A program made the position numbers and the translations under genes. A stretch of 64,000 nt of DNA from assembly GCA_943355005.1 (NCBI GenBank), contig CALRDV010000001.1:92632-156631 (forward strand), written 5' to 3'. The stretch's first letter is position 1. The number at the start of each line of letters is the position of its first letter. Shown here in pieces: positions 38,687 through 48,634 of the stretch. The DNA is from Patescibacteria group bacterium (GTDB taxonomy: Bacteria > Patescibacteriota > Microgenomatia > UBA1400 > MFAQ01). A model generated the notes under the pieces. That model worked only from the letters and a program-made list of their open reading frames with translations, had not been told where the DNA came from and did not search any database.

Positions 38687-40150
38687 ATGGCAGATACGCA
38701 CGTCAGAACTAGAAATGCACCCTCGCCGACCGGTACTCCCCACATAGGAAATACAAGGACGGCACTTTACGATTATTTAATCGCCAAAAAATACGGCGGT
38801 GAATTCCTTTTACGTATCGAAGATACCGATGCTAAAAGATTTGTCGAAGGCTCGATAGAAAAAATTTATGCTATTCACGAATTTTTGGGTTTGACCAGAG
38901 ACGAAGATCCCCTCATCGGAGGACCTTACGGTCCCTATATTCAGTCAGAAAGGCTTAAATACTACCAAGAGTACGCTCAACTTCTATTGGATATGGGTGC
39001 CGCCTATTACTGTTTTTGTTCCGAAGAAAGATTAAAGAAACTCCACGAAGATAATCAATTTGCCAAGTACGATCGCCATTGTCGCCATTTGACCAAAGGA
39101 GAAGTCCAAGATCAGTTAGACTCCGGCGCGCCTTATGTAATCAGAACCAAGCTCCCGGAAACCGGTTTTACCGTCTGGCACGATTTAGTTCAAGGCAAAC
39201 TCAGCCTGCCGAATACGGAGTGTGATGACAAAGTACTTATAAAGACGAACGGGGTGCCTACTTATCATCTTGCCGTCGTAGTCGATGATCATCTTATGAA
39301 GGTTAGTCATGTTCTGAGAGGGGTTGAGTGGATGGCTTCTACTCCAATACATTTATTTTTATACGAATCTTTAGGATGGAAACCGCCGATTTTGGCCCAC
39401 GTACCTCTATTATTGGGGACAGATAGATCAAAGCTAGCCAAAAGGCATGGTGCCAAAAACGTTCTTCAGTTTGCTGAAGAGGGTTATTTGCCGGAAGCCA
39501 TCAACAACTTCCTTTTTTACCTTGGCTTCTCCTACAAGGATAATTCCGAACTACTAACTTTATCTCAAATGGCCGAAATCTTTGATGAAACCAAGATTCA
39601 AAGACAAAATGCCATTTTTGATGTCAAGCGTTTAGATTATTTAAATGGTCAATGGATCAAAAGACTCTCTTCTGAAGATTTACTTTCAAGATTAAAGACC
39701 TTTATCTCTGCAGATTGGCTAGCCCAAAAAGAAAAAGTTATTCAGGTTTTAAATCTCACCAAAGAAAGAATGTTGACCTTGGCTGAGTTTGCTCCCGCCG
39801 CCGATTATTTCTTTAATATTCCCATTCTTTCGCAAGAACTTGTTTTGGCTCAATCAAATCACACTCAGGAAGAAACTAAAGCCTGGTTCGACACAGCAAT
39901 CACTGTAATCAATAAAATGACCGTCATCCTCGCGAATGCGGGGATCCATCCGGAAAATTCATTCACCTCCGAAAATCTCCACACCGAACTAGCCAAAGCT
40001 CAGGTGGATTCAGGATTTACGCCCAAAGAAGCCTTTATGTCCCTTCGTGTAGGAATTTCAGGTAGGACGGTGACACCACCACTATTCGATTGCATGGTAA
40101 TCTTAGGTAAAGACGAAACTCTGAAAAGGTTATCTTCTGTCTTTCCCTAA
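38687..40150 (+). CDS. gltX: Glutamate--tRNA ligase
   Basis: APSPTGTPHIGN, RIEDTD, VVDDH, KLAKR. Confidence 0.97.
   Translation: MADTHVRTRNAPSPTGTPHIGNTRTALYDYLIAKKYGGEFLLRIEDTDAKRFVEGSIEKIYAIHEFLGLTRDEDPLIGGPYGPYIQSERLKYYQEYAQLLLDMGAAYYCFCSEERLKKLHEDNQFAKYDRHCRHLTKGEVQDQLDSGAPYVIRTKLPETGFTVWHDLVQGKLSLPNTECDDKVLIKTNGVPTYHLAVVVDDHLMKVSHVLRGVEWMASTPIHLFLYESLGWKPPILAHVPLLLGTDRSKLAKRHGAKNVLQFAEEGYLPEAINNFLFYLGFSYKDNSELLTLSQMAEIFDETKIQRQNAIFDVKRLDYLNGQWIKRLSSEDLLSRLKTFISADWLAQKEKVIQVLNLTKERMLTLAEFAPAADYFFNIPILSQELVLAQSNHTQEETKAWFDTAITVINKMTVILANAGIHPENSFTSENLHTELAKAQVDSGFTPKEAFMSLRVGISGRTVTPPLFDCMVILGKDETLKRLSSVFP
39922..39948 (+). repeat. CGTC palindrome in frame in the gltX anticodon-binding region
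   Basis: CGTCATCCTCGCGAATGCGGGGATCCA encodes VILANAGIH; one mismatch from the copy at 14538. Confidence 0.9.
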
Positions 40151-40151
40151 T

Positions 40152-41027
40152 ATGCCAAGTCAAAATCTTCTAAAATCGATAGCTCGTCTCGAAAAAAGGT
40201 CAAATAGTTTACGCAATAAACTCCTTAAGAATTCCTCAGCCAAGAAATTCTTTTTAAAGACACATTTAATTGCCAGTGATTTAAGAGCTCGATCGAGCCA
40301 GCTTCTGGCCGGTGCCGGACTAGTTGGTGCAATTCTCACCATGCCGGCACCTCAAAGTATGGTTCTTACTCCACCTCAGGTCCAAACTCAGCCGATAGAA
40401 AATAAATTCACTGTCCGGCAAAAACTTATGACAGGCCTTCAGGAAATACTTCCTCATCAACCCACCAAGCTTGGGCCGGAGGTTGCTGCCAAAGTTGAGC
40501 AGATTATTTACGAAACCACAGATGTAAAAGCCAAAGTTGTTTTGGAAGATCAGTCTCTCAATCACACTCTTGGTTATATCGGTTTTGAACAACATCTGAC
40601 TCGGTTTCCTGGAGATTCTTTAGCCGGCCACGACGAAATTCAGGAAGCAGGCATTGCCCCGGGTAGGGGAGCTTTTGGTTTTTTTGCCAGAGATTCGGGA
40701 AGTTTTACTACTCGCGAATACATGAGGGAAAAGTATTATTGTGTGGTTCAAACTCTTTATTTAGATAATTGGAACCAAGACCACCGGTTTCTTAAAGATT
40801 GGTATGCATTTAGAAAAATGATTGTCATTAATCCTGTAAATGGTCTGGCGGTAATTTGTGACATTGGCGATGCCGGTCCCGCAGAGTGGACGGGCAAGCA
40901 GTTTGGCGGTTCACCGGAAACCATGCAATACTTAGATTTAAACAAGGGTCCTAGGAAGGGCTTAGTCTTAATGCTCTTTGTAGATGATCCAGATAACAAA
41001 ATTCCACTCGGACCCATTATCCAATAA
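40152..41027 (+). CDS. Hypothetical protein
   Basis: 291-aa ORF; GFEQHL.RFPGD and GDAGPAEWTGKQFGGSPE segments. Confidence 0.75.
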   Translation: MPSQNLLKSIARLEKRSNSLRNKLLKNSSAKKFFLKTHLIASDLRARSSQLLAGAGLVGAILTMPAPQSMVLTPPQVQTQPIENKFTVRQKLMTGLQEILPHQPTKLGPEVAAKVEQIIYETTDVKAKVVLEDQSLNHTLGYIGFEQHLTRFPGDSLAGHDEIQEAGIAPGRGAFGFFARDSGSFTTREYMREKYYCVVQTLYLDNWNQDHRFLKDWYAFRKMIVINPVNGLAVICDIGDAGPAEWTGKQFGGSPETMQYLDLNKGPRKGLVLMLFVDDPDNKIPLGPIIQ

Positions 41028-41036
41028 TTACATACC

Positions 41037-41363
41037 ATGTCCATTCTCTTTTACGATCACCTAATTAGCAAAGCCGAAATCCATAATCATATTAATTGTC
41101 TAGAGGAAGCAGATAATCATAAAGGTAAGGCTCTCCAGCTAATCGACGATATTATTTTTCAAGCTATTATCTCTATGATTCTGGAAAAATTGGAGCCTCA
41201 TCATCACCCTGTTTTTCTTACTACAATCCATGAAAGGCCCTACGACCCGGAGATTCTGGGATATCTAAGAGACCATATCGGCGAAAATATTGAGGAAGAT
41301 ATTCGCAGTGAAGCCGACAAAGTCGTCAAGATGATTCTCAAAGATCTTCAGTCCGAAGATTAA
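41037..41363 (+). CDS. Hypothetical helical protein
   Basis: 108-aa ORF in operon with gltX. Confidence 0.7.
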   Translation: MSILFYDHLISKAEIHNHINCLEEADNHKGKALQLIDDIIFQAIISMILEKLEPHHHPVFLTTIHERPYDPEILGYLRDHIGENIEEDIRSEADKVVKMILKDLQSED

Positions 41364-41412
41364 TTATTCGTCCATCTTTCATTTCTCTTCCCAAAGTGTT
41401 ACCCTAGTATCT

Positions 41413-41943
41413 ATGCAAGATGAAAAATGTCCCAAATGTGGTGCGCCATTAGGTGAAGTTGTTGAAACAGCTACAGGTAAACGTCTTCAGCGTTGTACAG
41501 CAGGCAGTTGGAACAAAGAAACCAAGAAGTCCGAAGGCTGTGATTACGTCAAGTGGCTCGAGGTGGAGCCTCAAACTCTTGATGAGAAATGTCCCAAGTG
41601 TGGCAACCCTTTAGTTCTCAATGTCACTCGTTTTGGCAAGAAGATGAAAAAGTGCAGTACCAATGTGTGGAACAAAGAAACCAAATTGTCAGAAGGTTGT
41701 GATTACATTGAGTGGATCAATGGCACTACCGAAAAGTTGGACGAGAAGTGTCCCCAGTGTGGAGAACCATTAGTTTTATTTACCACTGCCGCAGGCAAAA
41801 GAATGAAAAAATGTTCTACCTCAGGCTGGGATAGAGAAGCCAAGCAAGCCACGGGCTGTACTTATGTCCAGTGGCTCAAAGGTAATTTTGCTTCTGCTCC
41901 TGCCAACGGCGAAGAATTCCTTCCTCCCGAAGACATTTTCTAA
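41413..41943 (+). CDS. Stand-alone topoisomerase-type C4 zinc-finger repeat protein (three repeats)
   Basis: Three copies of EKCPxCG.PL....GK...C..WxxE....GCxY..W. Confidence 0.85.
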   Translation: MQDEKCPKCGAPLGEVVETATGKRLQRCTAGSWNKETKKSEGCDYVKWLEVEPQTLDEKCPKCGNPLVLNVTRFGKKMKKCSTNVWNKETKLSEGCDYIEWINGTTEKLDEKCPQCGEPLVLFTTAAGKRMKKCSTSGWDREAKQATGCTYVQWLKGNFASAPANGEEFLPPEDIF

Positions 41944-41968
41944 GCTATTACTCCACAATTAATGGCTT

Positions 41969-41995
41969 GTCATTCCGGGCTTGACCCGGAATCCA
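41969..41995 (+). repeat. GTCAT palindrome
   Basis: GTCATTCCGGGCTTGACCCGGAATCCA. Confidence 0.92.
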
Positions 41996-42039
41996 TCTGG
42001 AAATTGTCATATAATTGATTTATATCTATTCCTGTTATC

Positions 42040-42450
42040 ATGAAAAAGAAAAAACTCTCCGGTCTAGATAAGTTGTCCCAAAAATTCACGTACTATATCG
42101 GCACCAACACTTCAATTCTGATTCATACAATTCTATTTGCCGGGATTTTTTCCCTCCGATTCTTTGGTACTACCACGGAAGAAATTTTACTTATCCTTAC
42201 CACTGCCGTTTCTCTCGAAGCCATTTATTTGGCCATCTTCATTCAGATGACCGTCAACCGCACCACCGAAAGTCTTGCCAGCGTAGAGGAAGACATCGAT
42301 GACATTCAAGAGAATATTGATGACATCCAGGAGGATTACAGTGAAGATTCTACCGACGACGTCGATATGATCAAAATTCTTAAGGATATGGAGCTCAGAC
42401 TCAAAGAGCTCCAAACAGACATTTCGGCGCTCCAGAAGAAAAAAGTCTAA
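42040..42450 (+). CDS. DUF1003-like membrane protein
   Basis: LTTAVSLEAIYLAIFIQM followed by an acidic coiled coil. Confidence 0.7.
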   Translation: MKKKKLSGLDKLSQKFTYYIGTNTSILIHTILFAGIFSLRFFGTTTEEILLILTTAVSLEAIYLAIFIQMTVNRTTESLASVEEDIDDIQENIDDIQEDYSEDSTDDVDMIKILKDMELRLKELQTDISALQKKKV

Positions 42451-42483
42451 TCTTTTCTATCTTCGAAAACCGTCAAATATTAA

Positions 42484-43302
42484 CTACCTTTGCTTCGTCT
42501 TTCTATTTTTTGCTTCCTCGTAAGAAGATTTCACAGCGCCGCCGGTGGTGCCGATAAGTTTCCCTACAAAGGTGGCAATTGTGTCTGCTCCGGCACCCGC
42601 CATGGCTGGTAGCCACTCTAGAATTGCGTCTCTGGTTTTCTCTTGAGACATTAAGTTAAGAGCAAGCACTCTTCTCTGAGCATCCATTGTTTCCTCACTA
42701 ATTCCGGCATGTTGAGACGCTAAAGCACTTATCGATGGTAGTTGAAATAAGATTACTTGCTTAAACTCCTTTGGTAATGCGTTGTATCGAACCTTGTTCC
42801 CTTTAAAAACTTCGTATGTTATTTGAATAATTTCATCCGCCACTTGCTGAGCGGCCGAGGCAATTTGTTCCTTTCCTAGTTCTCGATAAGTAATTAGTTC
42901 TTCTTTTGCTCTCTCAATCATTTCACTTGTCGTTTTTGGAATCTGATCTTCGGGGGTTCCCAGAGCCACCAGTCTTTTTCTGTACTCCTCCGCTACATAC
43001 GATGGAATTAGTGCATCAAATGCTTCTTGGTCAATATCTACTTCACCCTGTGTCAGAGAGGTCAAACGTGCTGCGATTAGATCTTGTCCTTGTTGCTTTG
43101 ACAATGCAAACTTAATTTCTTTTCCATTTTCTTTAATTAGCATCACATCGTATCCATCAATGTTTTTACCATTCATTCTGGGAATAATAGTTGCGTCACC
43201 ACCAAGCAATGTCTCGACAATTCTTTCTTCATCCATCTTTACAATTGCAGACCCTGTTACCTCGACTTCTTCATTCACTAAGGGCTTTATTTCTGGTATC
43301 AT
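42484..43302 (-). CDS. Hypothetical protein
   Basis: 272-aa ORF. Confidence 0.65.
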   Translation of the reverse strand: MIPEIKPLVNEEVEVTGSAIVKMDEERIVETLLGGDATIIPRMNGKNIDGYDVMLIKENGKEIKFALSKQQGQDLIAARLTSLTQGEVDIDQEAFDALIPSYVAEEYRKRLVALGTPEDQIPKTTSEMIERAKEELITYRELGKEQIASAAQQVADEIIQITYEVFKGNKVRYNALPKEFKQVILFQLPSISALASQHAGISEETMDAQRRVLALNLMSQEKTRDAILEWLPAMAGAGADTIATFVGKLIGTTGGAVKSSYEEAKNRKTKQR

Positions 43303-43389
43303 GATATTTTCCTATAACAGTAAAATAATCAGTTATAAGTTATGTGAATAGTACGCTTCTGATTTTTTTCTGTCAACCCTCAATTTATC

Positions 43390-43426
43390 CGTCATTGCGA
43401 GCCATGTACTCATGGTGTGGCAATCT
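43390..43426 (+). repeat. CGTC palindrome
   Basis: CGTCATTGCGAGCCATGTACTCATGGTGTGGCAATCT. Confidence 0.85.
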
Positions 43427-43440
43427 CACTCCACCTTACC

Positions 43441-45093
43441 TCACCATTTCTCCCTCAGATGACTCATCGCAAATTTCAAATCTCCTCTTACTTTCTTTCT
43501 GGGATTAAAAATTCCTTCGGGGTCAAAAATATTTTTAACTTGTTCGAATAGCGCCACCATCTTTTCCCCAAACATATCTTTTAAGTAAGGCGTACGTATC
43601 AATCCATCGTTATGTTCTCCTGTAGTTGACCCTCCATTGTCGATAATTATTTTATAGACTTTTTGGGCTATCTCCGGAATCGCAGCTCGCACCTTTGGAT
43701 CCTTAATGTTAACTATTGGGATAATGTGAAAGTTCCCATCACCCACATGTCCAGCTACAGTAAAAATAAATTCCGGGTGCTCAGACAATATTTGAGTTAC
43801 TTGAGGCAAGACATTTTGAATTTTTTGCGGATCTATCACAAAATCATCAATAAAAGGCACTGTGTGTTTTTCTCGTATTTTGCTTCTGAGTAAGTTGAAA
43901 CTTTCTCTCCGAACCAGCCAGTATTTTTCCTCTTGGTTTTCCACCGCCACCTTTGTTTTTACTTTTAGTGGCTTGAGCATTTCGAGTAGTTCAGATACCT
44001 TTCCACTCAATTCATTCACATCATTCCCCGTAAAATCGACTTGAAGGACCAGCTTTGGTAGTCGTCCCATAAACATCATCATAAAGGCAGGTAAGAATGC
44101 CAGGCCAGCCTGAATCATGCCAAAAATACCCAGTTGCTTGGCAAACTCAGGTAGATATCTCAGAGCCAGTTTCAAAGTGTTGTCGTCATAAGACTCGAAA
44201 CTTTCGGGACCAAGAGGCAGTATTTTTTTAATAATATCACCCAAATTATCCATGTTCGGAAGGAAGACCACTACCATCTGCCTATGTTTCTGTATTGGTA
44301 CTAGTCCAATTTCAGCGCTGGTCATTAATCCCAATGTTCCTTGAGCACCCACCCACAATTTAGTCAGGTCAAATATTCCTGTCTCTTCGTTCCATATATC
44401 CCAAAGGTTATAGCCTGCCGAATTCTTGAGGACTGTTGGCCGTGCGTTTTGGATAACTTCTTTATTTTCAGTCACAATCTTGAACATACTTCGATATAAA
44501 TTTCCCTCAAAATCATTTTGACCCATCTTAGCGTCCAATTCTATCTTACTTATAGGTTTTATTTCATATGTTTTTCCGTCTGCTAGAACCGCTTCTATTT
44601 TACGGACGAATTTATCTGTTTTACCGTATTTAAGACTTTTTTCTCCTCCGGAATTATTATTTACAATACCTCCAATACCGCAAATTGATTTAGATGCTGG
44701 ATAAGAAGGGAATAATAGTCCTTTTTTTAAGGTCTCGGCTTCAAAGTCTCGGTAAAAAACTCCAGGTTCAGTTACTGCACTACTTTCACCAACCACCGGC
44801 AGATGATTAAAATATTTTGAAAATTCCACGATTATCGAATCATTCAGCGGTCCGCCACTCATATCTGTTCCTGCAGATCTGCTGGTAATAGATATTCTTG
44901 GATTAGATTTCTTGTATTTGTTTACAAAATTCACTAATTTTTGAATATCTTCTGTGTCTTTCGGAAAAACTACAACTTCTGGTTTTACCTCGAAGATACT
45001 TGCGTCGTGACTGTAGAGTTCAATCGTTTCCTGATTTATCTCTATATCTCCGGACAAAAGACTTTTAAGCTCTATTATTAGATTATTATCCAT
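43441..45093 (-). CDS. FAD-binding oxidoreductase (GlcD / D-lactate dehydrogenase family)
   Basis: YSHDAS, RSAGTDMSG, GAQGTLG, GHVGDGNFH, GEHNDG, FNPRK. Confidence 0.9.
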   Translation of the reverse strand: MDNNLIIELKSLLSGDIEINQETIELYSHDASIFEVKPEVVVFPKDTEDIQKLVNFVNKYKKSNPRISITSRSAGTDMSGGPLNDSIIVEFSKYFNHLPVVGESSAVTEPGVFYRDFEAETLKKGLLFPSYPASKSICGIGGIVNNNSGGEKSLKYGKTDKFVRKIEAVLADGKTYEIKPISKIELDAKMGQNDFEGNLYRSMFKIVTENKEVIQNARPTVLKNSAGYNLWDIWNEETGIFDLTKLWVGAQGTLGLMTSAEIGLVPIQKHRQMVVVFLPNMDNLGDIIKKILPLGPESFESYDDNTLKLALRYLPEFAKQLGIFGMIQAGLAFLPAFMMMFMGRLPKLVLQVDFTGNDVNELSGKVSELLEMLKPLKVKTKVAVENQEEKYWLVRRESFNLLRSKIREKHTVPFIDDFVIDPQKIQNVLPQVTQILSEHPEFIFTVAGHVGDGNFHIIPIVNIKDPKVRAAIPEIAQKVYKIIIDNGGSTTGEHNDGLIRTPYLKDMFGEKMVALFEQVKNIFDPEGIFNPRKKVRGDLKFAMSHLREKW

Positions 45094-46080
45094 TTATTTT
45101 CTTGTTATTACTTTTTTAACTGCCTCCATAATCGCTGTTTTTCCCATACCGTATTTTTCAATAATATCTTTAGGACTTCCGGACTCGGCAAAAGTATTTT
45201 GAAGTCCAATAAATTCCATGGGGATTGGTTTTTTAGCTACAAAAAGTTCAGCCAAAGCTCCACCAAGCCCACCCGCCACTTGGTGATCCTCGACACTGAT
45301 TGCGGCTCCGGTTTTGTTTACGAGCTCCAAGATTCCGATTTCATCTAGTGGCTTTATCGAAGCTACATTGACTACGTTTACCATAATTCCTGCCGACTCC
45401 AGCTCTTTAGCTGCCAGTAAACCGTAATAAAGTTCGTGGCCGGTTGCAAAGATTGTCACTTGTGGGTTTTCTGAAATCCAAAATTCCTGCACTTTTCCGT
45501 CATACGGCGTTTCCTCCGTGGTCATTACTACTGATTTGTCTCTGCTATATCTTAAGTACACTGGACCTTTGTATTCACCTGCCCACGTAGTTATCTTTTG
45601 AGATTCAATACTGTCACAAGGGACCAGCACAGTCATCTTGGGCCAGCAGCGGGTAATGGCAATATCTTCAGTCGCTTGGTGTGTGCATCCATCAGGACCT
45701 GTCATTATGCCACTATGGTGACCGGCTACTTTGACGTTTGCTTGGTTGTAGACTGCGGTGGTTCGAATCGTTTCCCAGTTTTTACCGGGAGAAAAAGTTG
45801 CATAAGAAGAAATAAACGGCACCTTACCGGCGATTGCCAGTCCTGCTGCAATTGCAGCCATGTTTTGTTCTGCTACTCCGCATTCAAAAAATCTATCGGG
45901 GAATTTTTGCGCAAATTCTTCGGTTCTGGTGGACTCAGATAAATCTGCCGTCAGCACCACTACATTTTGGTCTTTCTCACCCAAGCTGACGATAGCCTTT
46001 CCAAAGCCTTCTCTGGTTGCTTTTTTTTCGACATCCTCATCGAAAATTTTACTGTTTAGTTTTAGATTTGGGTTAAGCAT
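45094..46080 (-). CDS. Transketolase C-terminal subunit
   Basis: GVAEQN, GPDGCTHQ, EDHQ. Confidence 0.93.
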   Translation of the reverse strand: MLNPNLKLNSKIFDEDVEKKATREGFGKAIVSLGEKDQNVVVLTADLSESTRTEEFAQKFPDRFFECGVAEQNMAAIAAGLAIAGKVPFISSYATFSPGKNWETIRTTAVYNQANVKVAGHHSGIMTGPDGCTHQATEDIAITRCWPKMTVLVPCDSIESQKITTWAGEYKGPVYLRYSRDKSVVMTTEETPYDGKVQEFWISENPQVTIFATGHELYYGLLAAKELESAGIMVNVVNVASIKPLDEIGILELVNKTGAAISVEDHQVAGGLGGALAELFVAKKPIPMEFIGLQNTFAESGSPKDIIEKYGMGKTAIMEAVKKVITRK

Positions 46081-46081
46081 T

Positions 46082-46975
46082 TTATTGGTGTTCGCTTTCT
46101 ATTTTGCCTTGTAATGTTCTTAATTCGGCTAAAGCAATTTTGGCTTGATCGCCTTTGGCAGGGGATCCCGGAACTTCGACAACGTCGGGTGGGTTGCCGT
46201 GCCAAAGGTAATTTCTTTCCATAAAATCGACCCCTTTCCCTGGTATGGTGTGAGCGATAATCACTGTTGGCTTATTGAAAATTGCTCTAGCTTCTCGAAC
46301 AGTCTCCTCAAAAGCATGAATATTATTTCCGTCTACTTCCAAAACGTACCAGCCAAAAGATTCATATTTGTCCTTAAAAGGCTCAAGTGGCATTATATCT
46401 TCCGTAAAGCCATCAATCTGTATATTATTGCGGTCCACAATTACCGTCAGATTATTTATTTTATTTTTCCCTGCGTACATTATGGCCTCCCAAGTATTTC
46501 CCTCCTGATGTTCACCATCTGAAGCAATGCAATAAATATATTGCTTATTCTTGTCTAGTTTAGCCGCCAGGGCCAGCCCAATAGCTTGAGAAATTCCTTC
46601 ACCAAGGGGTCCCGATGAAGTTTCCAATCCAGGTAAATAATGTCTGGAGGGATGTCCTTGAAGTCTGGAATTAATTTTTCTTAAGGTTTTCAGTTCTTCA
46701 ATGGGGAAATAACCGGCCATCGCCATCGTTACGTACTGTATTGGGCAAATATGCCCATTAGAAAGGACCAGTTTATCTCTATCATTCCACTCCGGGTTTT
46801 TTGGATCATGTTTGAGGATGTGGAAGTAAAAGGCTACAAAAATATCTGCCATTCCGAGAGGTCCTGCACTATGTCCGGATCCGGCTTCTACCAAAGTTTC
46901 AATTACCAGTTGTCTGGCTTTTACAGCCAAGTCGTTTAATTCAAATAGTTTTGCCTCGGTTAGTTCTGTATCCAT
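46082..46975 (-). CDS. Transketolase N-terminal subunit
   Basis: GSGH, LSNGH, LQGHP, SDGEHQEG..WE, HTIPGKG. Confidence 0.93.
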   Translation of the reverse strand: MDTELTEAKLFELNDLAVKARQLVIETLVEAGSGHSAGPLGMADIFVAFYFHILKHDPKNPEWNDRDKLVLSNGHICPIQYVTMAMAGYFPIEELKTLRKINSRLQGHPSRHYLPGLETSSGPLGEGISQAIGLALAAKLDKNKQYIYCIASDGEHQEGNTWEAIMYAGKNKINNLTVIVDRNNIQIDGFTEDIMPLEPFKDKYESFGWYVLEVDGNNIHAFEETVREARAIFNKPTVIIAHTIPGKGVDFMERNYLWHGNPPDVVEVPGSPAKGDQAKIALAELRTLQGKIESEHQ

Positions 46976-46979
46976 ATTT

Positions 46980-48251
46980 TTATATTTTTAGAATCATAAT
47001 TAAATCGGCCACGTTCGATCCTAGTTTTTCGGTGAAGATTCCGTCACCGGTTTTTTCGAAGAACGCTGAGCTGTCATCGTTGTCCAAAAACTTCTGAGGA
47101 TCCAGCTTCAATTTTTCCGATTTTTCCCAAGTGTCTTTGTCTCCTAGAGCACCTCCAAATTTGTAATAATCTACCCCATCGGAATCAAAAGATAATATCA
47201 GTGTATCATCCGGCAGGGGTAATGAAGCCAGAACTAGAGTTTGGTTTCTTCCCCCGTTTCCTTTACCAGTCACTTTTATTGTTGTTTCACCTCCGGCCAG
47301 CAAAATTTTTCCTGGAGGTGTTTGTTCTATCAGTTTCTTTCCCAATTTCTTAGCTTCTCCTTCAATTCTGTCGGAGAAAATAGCTGCTTTGTAGCCTAGA
47401 TTTTTTGCTTCTTCTTGCATGGCAGTCAGAGCTGTCATGTTGCTAAGTATCATAATATTTAAGACATTCTCAAAATATTTTTCGTCCTTTGGCAGCTCAG
47501 TCAGTGCACTATCCGGCACTAGTGAAGCCGAAATTTTATATTTATTCAAGATAGACAGAGCTTTTTTGGATGTGGATCTATCTCTTACTGTTGGTCCAGA
47601 CGCGATGACAGACAAGTCATTCCCAGGTACATCAGAAAATATTAGATTTACGATTTTAGCCGGATAAAGATGTTTGGCTAACCCTCCACCTTTTACTTTG
47701 GATAAATGCTTCCGTACGATATTCATCTCGGTAATATTTGCTCCGGAATTGAGAAGTTTGGAGAAGGTGGCTGTTAGTTTGGGAAGATTCAGTTTATAAG
47801 GCGCTTCAAAAAGAGCCGACCCTCCACCGCAGACCACGATAAGTACCAAATCTTTACTATTCAAATCCTTTATTTCTTTCAGCACCCTCTCGGTAAAATC
47901 AACATTATCCTTTGAGGGTAGTGGATGAGTTCCTAAGGTAAACGAAACTTTTTTGAATTTTGTCGGGGTAGTATCAATCACAAAGCCCTGAGTCAGCTTC
48001 TCGCCTAACAATTTTTCCAAATAGAGCGAAATTCCTCCCGACCCCTTCCCAAAGCCAATCAAGAAAACCCTTTCAAATTTATTCAGATGAATCTTTTTGC
48101 TTTTTATGAAGAGTGTCTCCCCGTCGACGGACAAGGATTCGGCCAGTACCTTATTGGGTTGAATTGCTTCAAGTCCGGCGTTTAAGATTTTTAACGCGAC
48201 TGTCCTACGGTCAGATGTTTTTAAACTTGGTAAGTTTTTGATTATGCTCAC
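46980..48251 (-). CDS. Glycerate 2-kinase (DUF4147 + MOFRL)
   Basis: GFGKG, GGGSAL, RKHLSKVKGG, SDVPG, IASGPT, GGETT, GGRNQ. Confidence 0.9.
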   Translation of the reverse strand: MSIIKNLPSLKTSDRRTVALKILNAGLEAIQPNKVLAESLSVDGETLFIKSKKIHLNKFERVFLIGFGKGSGGISLYLEKLLGEKLTQGFVIDTTPTKFKKVSFTLGTHPLPSKDNVDFTERVLKEIKDLNSKDLVLIVVCGGGSALFEAPYKLNLPKLTATFSKLLNSGANITEMNIVRKHLSKVKGGGLAKHLYPAKIVNLIFSDVPGNDLSVIASGPTVRDRSTSKKALSILNKYKISASLVPDSALTELPKDEKYFENVLNIMILSNMTALTAMQEEAKNLGYKAAIFSDRIEGEAKKLGKKLIEQTPPGKILLAGGETTIKVTGKGNGGRNQTLVLASLPLPDDTLILSFDSDGVDYYKFGGALGDKDTWEKSEKLKLDPQKFLDNDDSSAFFEKTGDGIFTEKLGSNVADLIMILKI

Positions 48252-48278
48252 AAATTCAGTTTATCATCTCTGGCTCGT

Positions 48279-48587
48279 GTCATTCTGAGCGAGTACTCGA
48301 GTCGAAGAATCTCCCTCGCCGGCAGGCGAATCTCCCTCCACCCACCCTCGTCATTCCGGGCTTGACCCGGAATCCAGTCCGCCCACCGTCATTTCGACCG
48401 AGTGAAACGAGTGGAGAAAACTCCTTCCACCAAGCATTCGTCATTGCGGGGTTTGAGATATTTTAGGTTTAACAATAGATCCCTAGTGGATTTATTGTTA
48501 TACAAAACAAAATAAAATATCACAAACATGCCATAGCCTGTTTCGTAACGAACCTGGCTAGGCCGGGTTTACAATGCGCGGCAATCT
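48279..48587 (+). repeat. Cluster of four GTCAT palindrome variants; the last is split by an insert of about 125 nt
   Basis: 48279-48312, 48349-48376, 48387-48422, and 48439-48587 (CGTCATTGCG...CGCGGCAATCT). Confidence 0.85.
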
Positions 48588-48634
48588 AGCTTATCAACCA
48601 CCTCACCCGTTCGATTTTCTCAGTTCCCTCCACT

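Noticed and set aside
41413-41943. Three ~160-nt DNA repeats
   Set aside because: Explained by internal zinc-finger domain repeats of the protein.
48279-48587. Palindrome clusters as a CRISPR array
   Set aside because: Units differ in sequence and length, spacing is irregular, copies are dispersed, and no cas genes are present.
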